A program made the position numbers and the translations under genes. Shown here piece by piece: positions 57,361 through 64,000 of a stretch of DNA of 64,000 bases. The notes beneath the pieces were generated by a model, which saw only the letters and a list, made by a program, of their open reading frames with translations, had not been told where the DNA came from and did no database searches. The stretch covers positions 699,955-763,954 of the forward strand of contig JBFWNU010000004.1 of assembly GCA_050250895.1 (NCBI GenBank), read 5' to 3'. Numbering within the stretch: position 1 is the first letter of the stretch; each line of letters starts with the position of its first letter. The DNA is from Vulcanimicrobiota bacterium (GTDB lineage: Bacteria > Vulcanimicrobiota > Xenobia > Xenobiales > JADMJV01).

Positions 57361-59675
57361 TGAAGCCTGGAAAACCTCGCCCGAAAGACGGTCCGCTCAT
57401 GCTCGCGCCGAAAGTCCAATCGACCTCCATGCTCGCTCACCACCTGGTAGGTTACTGACAGCCCCAGGCCCGTGCCCGAGCCAACCGGCTTGGTAGTGAA
57501 GAAAGGCTCGAAAATGCGCTCGGTCAACTCCTCCGGCACCCCGGGGCCGTTATCCTCGACCTCGAGCACGACCTCGTCGCCGTGCTGACTCAGCCTTACC
57601 AGCAGGCTGGGGGCATCGTTTTGCGAGGCAGCATCAGCAGCGTTGAGGATGAGGTTGGTCACCACCTGGCACAGGTCCGACTCGCGCCCACGGATCTGGG
57701 GCACTTGCGCCAGCTCCGACCTGGGTGTCAACCCTCGCCGCCCCAGCGGTCCCTCTACCACCTTGAGGGTCTTACGGACCACGTCGGCCAGGTCCACAGG
57801 TGCCTGCGAGGGCGCCGAGGGGCGCGAATAGACGAGCAGGTCGGCCACGATCTCGCGCGCCGAGTCGACAGCGTTGCCGGCCAATTCGAGCTGTCCGATA
57901 GCCCGGGCCGGCCGGTCGTCGTCGATCTGCTCGCGGGCCACCTCGAGAGCCAACTGAACTGCCGCCAGGGGAGAGTTGAGTTCGTGGGCAATGCCTGCGG
58001 CCAGTTGGCCGACGGCGGCCATCTTGCTGGATTGAACCAGTTGCCCCTGTGAGGTCTTGAGTTCCTGGTTGGTGCGGGCCAATCGCTCGACCAGATAGTT
58101 GTTGGCTACCACTCCGGCGGCAAAGTAGGTGGTGGCCCCCAATAAATTCAGGTCGGCGCTGGTAAAACGCTCTGGCTCGTGAGCGGCCAGGACCACGGCT
58201 CCGCGACCCTCGATGGGCAGAGGAGCAGCCAGCAGGCTCTCGGGGTGATGGCTCAATAGCGGAGCGCGCAAACTCCGGGCGGCCTCGAGCAGTAGCTGAT
58301 CGGGCTGGGGCCAGGCGTGACACACCTCGCCCTCGGCCAGCCAGATCACACCCCGCTGGTGGGCCGGGCAAAGTTCTCCGAGCAAATGCTCGAATCGAGC
58401 GAGGGTCTGGCCGAGATCGGCACTGCTCGCCATGGCCTGAAAGCCAGACAGCATCAGGCGTTGATGCTCATGCGAGCGTCCCAGCAGCTCTTTTTGGTGG
58501 GTTAGCTGCTCCATCATCGAGGCCACCTCGAGCTGACGCAGGCCGGCGGCGACAGCCGGGATCATCGGTTCAGCCACCAGGGCCAACAGGTGCAACTGCC
58601 GTCTGGAGTAGGCCTCTCGACCGGTCTTGCCCACATAAAGCACGCCGATGCGGCGCAACGGCACGGCCGCCGCCATCTGTTCGGCCTCCAGTAACCGCGG
58701 CGAAATCCGGTCGTCCCGGGTAGTCATTACCAGTCTCTGGTCGCGCCAGGCTCTTTCCACAATCGGCTCGGGCAGATCCAGTAGCTCGCTCGACTCGAGG
58801 CGCTCGGCCAGGGGCGAGTGCCATCGATAAGGAACCAGACCGCCGGGTCCGGCGAAAAAGAATGCTACCGTGTCGCAGTGCAAGAGTTGGCGGACCAGTT
58901 CGAGCGACGACCTGAGGGTCTGCTCGAGGCTCTTGCTGGCCGCGAAGGTCTTGGCCAGATCGGCCAGCAGCCTGCGCTCCTCGAGCAACTCATCCACCTG
59001 TCCCCCGGCCTGTTGCAGGCTGACCTCTAGCTCTTCGACCCGCTCCAGGCCTCGCAAACCAAACGACCAGGCTCGCTCCTTGTCACGAAATGCCTCCATC
59101 AGACTGCCGCAAGTCAGACTGGCCAGCAAAGGAACCGGTCCGAACCAAACCAGCGAATGGGTAGCCAAACTGGCAGCCCCGGCCAGCACCACTGCGGCCA
59201 ACAGCGGAAAGCCCACCACCCGGGCCTCTTCATAGTTGGACTCGGCCGGTAACAGGCGTGGACTTAGCCACCATAAAGAGCCGAGGTAAATGAGCACGGC
59301 CACCGCCAGCGGATAATCGGACACCAGCCCCAGGGCCGCCAGCGAAGCAGCCATAGGGAGCCCCTCGGCTACCATCTCCATGGCCCCGTGGCCCGGCCGC
59401 AAGCGCGATTGAAGGGGACGCCAGCCCAGGCAAAGGACGACCATGGCAGCAGCCCAACAGGCTCCGACCCGTGGGAGATTCGCCCCAAGCAGAACGTAGG
59501 AATAGAGAAAGGACAAGCGGCCCGAGGGCGGCAGCGCCACCGACAGAGCTTCGCTAGCCAACCCCAGCAGCAACAGGATGGCGGCCAGGGCCCAATCGGT
59601 GGGCAGGGCTTTGGTCAGACCTGGCAAGAGCAGGCCTGCGTAAGCCAGTAGCGCAACCACAGTTACGGCGGACAT
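57357..59675 (-). CDS. Membrane sensor histidine kinase with GAF domains
   Basis: N-terminal TMs; AAGIAHELNSPL, NLILNA, DNGPG and FFTTKPVGSGTGLGL. Confidence 0.92.
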   Translation of the reverse strand: MSAVTVVALLAYAGLLLPGLTKALPTDWALAAILLLLGLASEALSVALPPSGRLSFLYSYVLLGANLPRVGACWAAAMVVLCLGWRPLQSRLRPGHGAMEMVAEGLPMAASLAALGLVSDYPLAVAVLIYLGSLWWLSPRLLPAESNYEEARVVGFPLLAAVVLAGAASLATHSLVWFGPVPLLASLTCGSLMEAFRDKERAWSFGLRGLERVEELEVSLQQAGGQVDELLEERRLLADLAKTFAASKSLEQTLRSSLELVRQLLHCDTVAFFFAGPGGLVPYRWHSPLAERLESSELLDLPEPIVERAWRDQRLVMTTRDDRISPRLLEAEQMAAAVPLRRIGVLYVGKTGREAYSRRQLHLLALVAEPMIPAVAAGLRQLEVASMMEQLTHQKELLGRSHEHQRLMLSGFQAMASSADLGQTLARFEHLLGELCPAHQRGVIWLAEGEVCHAWPQPDQLLLEAARSLRAPLLSHHPESLLAAPLPIEGRGAVVLAAHEPERFTSADLNLLGATTYFAAGVVANNYLVERLARTNQELKTSQGQLVQSSKMAAVGQLAAGIAHELNSPLAAVQLALEVAREQIDDDRPARAIGQLELAGNAVDSAREIVADLLVYSRPSAPSQAPVDLADVVRKTLKVVEGPLGRRGLTPRSELAQVPQIRGRESDLCQVVTNLILNAADAASQNDAPSLLVRLSQHGDEVVLEVEDNGPGVPEELTERIFEPFFTTKPVGSGTGLGLSVTYQVVSEHGGRLDFRREHERTVFRARFSRLQ

Positions 59676-59769
59676 AGTCGCCTTTTCGCCCGCGCCCAAC
59701 CCACTCCTGGGGCGCACCGGCGCGTCCGGCCTGCCGGCCACGGGCGACTTGCCTCGCCAGCGGCGGCAA

Positions 59770-60159
59770 TCAGTAGGTTTCGTCCTCGATGGAAGCAAGG
59801 ATGCACTCCGCCTCGATATCATTGCAAATCTCGAAGGATTGTTCCACCAGCGAGTGGCCCGCCAGCAGCAATTCGGCCGCCTCAGTCAACTCGTCGAGGC
59901 GCTCTTCCTCGGTGGCCTCATGCATCCACTCGAGCGCCTCCAGCATCAGGTTGTTGCCTTCGATGCCCATCTCGGTCATCCGGTCGAGCTGTTCTAAGCC
60001 TGAGGGCTGGAGCTTGAAGAGGTTCTCGAGCCAGCCATTCACTCGCTCATACTGGGCCTCAAGGGCATCCAGCATTCCATCGGGAGTGAGGCCTTCGGCC
60101 AGGAATTGGTCGAGAGCGTTCTCAATCACGAAGAGGGGGCTAAAGGCAAAGGCGCTCAT
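59770..60159 (-). CDS. Acidic helical hypothetical protein
   Basis: SD AGGAGG; 129-aa Glu/Leu-rich helix bundle. Confidence 0.7.
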   Translation of the reverse strand: MSAFAFSPLFVIENALDQFLAEGLTPDGMLDALEAQYERVNGWLENLFKLQPSGLEQLDRMTEMGIEGNNLMLEALEWMHEATEEERLDELTEAAELLLAGHSLVEQSFEICNDIEAECILASIEDETY

Positions 60160-60170
60160 TGGACTACCTC

Positions 60171-60392
60171 CTATTGATAGGCGGCGCGATAGCCGCCCAC
60201 AGCGCTACGCCGAGTCATATTGTGGTGGGCCGGGTTGTGGGCGGGGGCACCACCGCCCCGGCGGGGGCGGGCCGCTTTGCTCACCGAACTCGCAATTTTG
60301 CCGGGGCGACTCTTGCGCAGGGCATTAAAGCGATTCTGTTCAGCCTGGTCCCAACCAGAAATGCTTCCGGGGCTTCTTCCGACATTAGGCAT
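60171..60392 (-). CDS. Small basic hypothetical protein
   Basis: ATG 60392 with AGGAGG SD; likely co-transcribed with the gene starting at 60159. Confidence 0.6.
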   Translation of the reverse strand: MPNVGRSPGSISGWDQAEQNRFNALRKSRPGKIASSVSKAARPRRGGGAPAHNPAHHNMTRRSAVGGYRAAYQ

Positions 60393-60477
60393 TGTGTTCG
60401 TCCTCCTGTTTGGTCCTGATAATAAAGCCATCATAGCCGCCAGGGATTCGGACGATGCAGTGAAGACGGCCCCAACG

Positions 60478-60492
60478 TTAACCGGATGTTAA
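60478..60492 (-). promoter_or_regulatory. Operator TTAAC-N5-GTTAA (palindromic arms)
   Basis: -10 TATGAT (60435-60430) exactly 42 nt downstream on the minus strand. Confidence 0.65.
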
Positions 60493-60526
60493 CACCTGGA
60501 GACCGTGGCATGAGCCTCCGACCGCT

Positions 60527-62215
60527 CTACATGCGTTCGAGGGGAGTGATGCCGAGCAAGCGCAAGCCGTTGGCCAGCGTCTGCTGGCAGGCGGCGAAGA
60601 GGGCGAAACGGTTGTCGCGCAGAGCGGGCTCTTGATCTTTGACCTTGAGTTCTTCGTAGGCCCGCGAGAACGAATGGACCAGATCGATGAGGTAGTTGGA
60701 AATCACCGACGGCTCATAGGCCTCGGCGGCCTTGCGCACGACTTCGCCGAACCGGCTGAGTTGGACGGCCACCCGAAAGGCCTCTTCCTCGGGCAAAAGG
60801 CTGCCGTCGAACCTGGCTGGTAGGCCGGCTCCGGTCTTTTCGGCAATGCCGTTGACACGGGCATGCGCGTTCTGCAGATAAGGGCCGGTGTCGCCCTTGA
60901 ACGAAAGGACCTGGTCCCAGTCAAAATGGATATCCTTGATGCGCCCCCGCGAGAGATCGTTGAACACGATGGCCGAGAGTCCGATGCGCTCGGCCACCTC
61001 TTCTTCGTCGAGGTCTTCGGCCGGTCGCTTCTCGGCCTCGTGAAAAGCCTTCAGCGCCCGCGAGTGAGCCTCGTCGAGAAACTCTTGCAAGGCCACCGCT
61101 CCGCCCGAGCGCGTCGACATGCCATGGATGTGACCGAAGGGTACGTGCACGATGTCGTCGGCGTAGGGCTTGCCGAGCTTTTCGGCCAGAGCGATCAACT
61201 GGCGGAAATGAAGTGCCTGAGGCGCGCCGACCACGTAGACCGCCTTATGAAAACCGAACTCTCGATAACGATAGTCGACCGCGCACAGGTCGCGAGTCAA
61301 ATACAGGGTGGCTCCGTCGGCCTTGCGCAGCAAAGCGAACCCGAGGTCGTCACCCAGGTCGACACCGTAGGCCCCCTCGGATAGTTTACCGACACCCGAG
61401 GCCTCGACCTCGGCCATGGTGGCTTCCATCTTGTCGTTGAAGAACGACTCGCCCATATAGTGGTCAAAACGAATGCCCAACCGCTCATAGATCCGCTTGA
61501 ACTCATCCAGCGAGACATTGCGGGCGTATTGCCAGAACTCGCGGGCCTCTTCCTCCCCCTCTTCAAGGCGCCGAAAGAAGTCGCGGGCCTGGGCCTCGAT
61601 GGTGGGGTCTTCCTTTTTGGCCGCCGAAGCTGCCACATAACGGTCCACCAGAGTCTGCACCGGGCTGGGATCATCCTCGGCCGGCCGACCCCATTTCCGG
61701 CAGCCGACGAACACATAGCCGAACTGGGTACCCCAGTCTCCCAAATGGTTGATACCCACTACAGGGTGCCCCAGGAACTCGAAAATACGGCACAGGCTCC
61801 AGCCGATGAGGGTGGTGCGCAGGTGACCGACGTGAAAGGGCTTGGCGATGTTGGGCGACGAGAAGTCGACCAGCATGGTTTGCTGGTTGGTCGGGGCTGA
61901 ACCGTAACGGTCCTTCTTGTCGAGCACCTCCCCCACCACCAGTTCGAGAAAGGCGGCCCGGTCGAACTTGAAATTCAAGAACGGTCCGATGGCGCCCACC
62001 TCGGCAAAGCCGGCGGGTAACTCTAGACTGGCCGCCAGTTGTGAGGCCACGGCCGCCGGATTGGCCTTCTGTTCTTTGGCGTAGACAAAGCAGGGGAAAG
62101 CCAGATCGCCGTGTTCGGGCTGGCGGGGTGGGGTCACCATGCCATCAATCTTGTCGGCCTCGATGCCGGTGGCTTGCGAGAGTGTGTTGACCAATGCCTC
62201 ACGTAGTTTGACCAT
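60527..62215 (-). CDS. argS: Arginine--tRNA ligase
   Basis: DFSSPNIAKPFHVGHLR (HIGH motif), NHLGDWGTQFG, MSTRSG and GDTGPYLQ; C-terminal PLERM. Confidence 0.97.
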   Translation of the reverse strand: MVKLREALVNTLSQATGIEADKIDGMVTPPRQPEHGDLAFPCFVYAKEQKANPAAVASQLAASLELPAGFAEVGAIGPFLNFKFDRAAFLELVVGEVLDKKDRYGSAPTNQQTMLVDFSSPNIAKPFHVGHLRTTLIGWSLCRIFEFLGHPVVGINHLGDWGTQFGYVFVGCRKWGRPAEDDPSPVQTLVDRYVAASAAKKEDPTIEAQARDFFRRLEEGEEEAREFWQYARNVSLDEFKRIYERLGIRFDHYMGESFFNDKMEATMAEVEASGVGKLSEGAYGVDLGDDLGFALLRKADGATLYLTRDLCAVDYRYREFGFHKAVYVVGAPQALHFRQLIALAEKLGKPYADDIVHVPFGHIHGMSTRSGGAVALQEFLDEAHSRALKAFHEAEKRPAEDLDEEEVAERIGLSAIVFNDLSRGRIKDIHFDWDQVLSFKGDTGPYLQNAHARVNGIAEKTGAGLPARFDGSLLPEEEAFRVAVQLSRFGEVVRKAAEAYEPSVISNYLIDLVHSFSRAYEELKVKDQEPALRDNRFALFAACQQTLANGLRLLGITPLERM

Positions 62216-62306
62216 AGCCACGCCCTTTCGCAGCCGCGGCGAGAGGGCCCTTCAAGCCGGTCTGCGAAGACCGCCGCAGTGTCATCAACCTGATCTCGGA
62301 GTAGCC

Positions 62307-63029
62307 ATGAGAATTCTCGCTCTACTTATATTGCTGGTACTTCCGGGCCTGGCCGACACCCCGGCCGAACGGCTGACCTTCGCCGCTGGCGCCTCGTCGG
62401 GCCAGGTCAAAGGCACCCTCAACGGATATGAGGTCAAAGACTATATCTTCACCGCTCGGGCCGGTCAGAAGATGAGGCTCGAGGTCGACTCGAAGCGACC
62501 CAACTGGCTGGTGGTCCAGGTCCGCTCACCGGGCAACGCCGACGCCGACGTCTTCAGCAACTTTATCAGCGGGGATATGCAAGGCGAGGCGGTGTTGCCG
62601 AGCGACGGGGACTATCGCTTACGCCTGGGCATTCGCCGGCCCGAGGCCGCTCGAGGCGGGCGGGTCGACTATCTGGCGACGCTGGCCATCGAGGCCGAGC
62701 AATCCACGCTGCTCGAGGGCTCGGGCAGCTACCTCTCGAGCGAAGCTCCGGCCTTTCCCGTTGGTTCCGTGAACCTTGCGCTTCGCCCCGATGGCCACTG
62801 TGAGATCGGGGTCAACCTGCCTGGCGACGGGTTTCACGTCAGCGGTACCTGGGTTGCCGTAGGGGATCGAGCAGCCTCGCTCAAACTGACCGGGGGCTTC
62901 GCCAACACCGGCCTGCGCGGCCAGGGCGTGGTCCTCTTCGACGAATCCCACCGGCCGACTCAAGTCTTTCTGGGCTTTGAAGCTACGGGCCAGAACACCC
63001 ACCACAGCCTGACCTTCCTGGTCAAATAG
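62307..63029 (+). CDS. Secreted protein with PPC-like beta-sandwich domain
   Basis: Signal peptide MRILALLILLVLPGLA; DYIFTARAGQ...LPSDGDY. Confidence 0.75.
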   Translation: MRILALLILLVLPGLADTPAERLTFAAGASSGQVKGTLNGYEVKDYIFTARAGQKMRLEVDSKRPNWLVVQVRSPGNADADVFSNFISGDMQGEAVLPSDGDYRLRLGIRRPEAARGGRVDYLATLAIEAEQSTLLEGSGSYLSSEAPAFPVGSVNLALRPDGHCEIGVNLPGDGFHVSGTWVAVGDRAASLKLTGGFANTGLRGQGVVLFDESHRPTQVFLGFEATGQNTHHSLTFLVK

Positions 63030-63035
63030 CCATCC

Positions 63036-63201
63036 CGGCCGCAGGCCGCTCCCCTCTCGGCCGCAGGCCGCTCCCCTCTCGGCCGCAGGCCGCTCCCCTC
63101 TCGGCCGCAGGCCGCTCCCCTCTCGGCCGCAGGCCGCTCCCCTCTCGGCCGCAGGCCGCTCCCCTCTCGGCCGCAGGCCGCTCCCTGCGGCCGCAGGCCG
63201 C
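63036..63201. repeat. 22-bp tandem repeat CGGCCGCAGGCCGCTCCCCTCT (6 perfect copies, 1 variant, 1 partial)
   Basis: Read directly; units start at 63036, 63058, 63080, 63102, 63124, 63146, 63168 and 63188. Confidence 0.95.
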
Positions 63202-63221
63202 CCATGTGCTAGACTATGGAT

Positions 63222-64000
63222 ATGGCCGACATCAAACACCCGGAGCCACCGATGGCCCCGGACCTATCGCATCTCATCACCGAGGACGACGAACCGGTGG
63301 ATAATCGGTTCTCGGAGCGGCAGCAGCGACTCTTGCCACACATCCTCTTCACCTCCTGGGAAGAGGGCCGGCCATTTGAGGCATTGGCAGACGTTGGACT
63401 CTTTCCTACGCCCACCAACGAGGACAAGGTGGTCCCGGACTTTCTGCTTAGTTTGGGGGTGGTTCCGCGCCCGGCCACCGGGGCCAAAGAGAACCGCTCT
63501 TATCTGGTGTGGGTTTACGGCAAGGCGCCGGATCTTGTCATCGAGGTGGTATCCAACAAGGTGGGAGGCGAACTAGGGGAAAAGCTCGAGAAGTACACCC
63601 GCATTCGGGTAACCTACTACGCCATCTATGACCCGTTCTGTGAACTTGGCGAACGAGAGTTGCGTCTGTTTCGACTCGACGGGGGTCGATACGTCGAGAT
63701 GGCCAATCCGCGCTGGCTTCCCGAAGTAGGTCTGGGACTGACGATTTGGGAAGGGGAGTTCGAAGGGGTCCAGTCCCGCTGGCTTCGGTTTCTTGACCGC
63801 GAGGGTCGAATGCTAGCGACTGGCGAGGAGAAGGCTCGCTCGGCCGAGAAAGCGCTGGCGAACTCCCAGCTAGCTAGTGCAGCGTCCGGGAAGTTCGTCC
63901 CCACCTTCTCCGGAGAAATTTCCTTCACTGAGAAGCGAGGGAACACATGTTTGTCGTACGGGGCCGCCCAATGGGCGGTCCCGCGACATATATCTCGCTC
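63222..64000 (+). CDS. Uma2 family endonuclease; C-terminus probably replaced by an insertion; no stop before the window end
   Basis: Hand translation: LITEDDEPVDN, VPDFLLSL, YGKAPDLVIEVVSNKVGGE, YYAIYDP, GLGLTIWEG...WLRF. Confidence 0.85.
   Translation, partial: MADIKHPEPPMAPDLSHLITEDDEPVDNRFSERQQRLLPHILFTSWEEGRPFEALADVGLFPTPTNEDKVVPDFLLSLGVVPRPATGAKENRSYLVWVYGKAPDLVIEVVSNKVGGELGEKLEKYTRIRVTYYAIYDPFCELGERELRLFRLDGGRYVEMANPRWLPEVGLGLTIWEGEFEGVQSRWLRFLDREGRMLATGEEKARSAEKALANSQLASAASGKFVPTFSGEISFTEKRGNTCLSYGAAQWAVPRHISR
63874..64000 (+). mobile_element. Possible left end of an IS element (IS630/IS5-like)
   Basis: CTAGCTAG followed by TGCAGCGTCCGGGAAGTTCG, coinciding with loss of Uma2-like character; downstream start MGGPATYISL lies inside a hairpin. 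Confidence 0.35.

Noticed and set aside
62960-63239. Repeat-encoded peptides or mini-CRISPR at the 22-bp repeat
   Set aside because: The 22-bp period is not a multiple of 3, and there are no spacers.

Overview
This is a GC-rich, gene-dense bacterial chromosomal segment with about 56 CDSs (two truncated at the window edges). I saw no rRNA, tRNA or CRISPR array. The gene style suggests Candidatus Eremiobacterota (class Xenobia), but this is inference only. Recognisable genes include argS, an aldehyde dehydrogenase, an FMN alpha-hydroxy-acid oxidase, a class V aminotransferase, an HDAC, GH63/GH26/GT28 enzymes, an animal-type heme peroxidase lipoprotein, an MMPL transporter, type IV pilin/pseudopilin genes with a PilC/GspF platform, a REC-BTAD regulator with a GAF histidine kinase, and a Uma2 nuclease that appears interrupted near the right edge. 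The most notable signals are: (1) a recurrent operator TTWAC-N5-GTTAA lying 42-43 nt upstream of a TANNNT -10 box in front of lytic or toxin-like genes, a candidate attack/effector regulon; (2) many proteins with low-complexity, export-signal-like N-termini, often on leaderless mRNAs; (3) a 1.65-kb non-coding array of 12 mosaic palindromic units; (4) a UDG-like/DUF4268-like fusion that may be a defence protein; (5) a 9-Cys metallothionein-like peptide.
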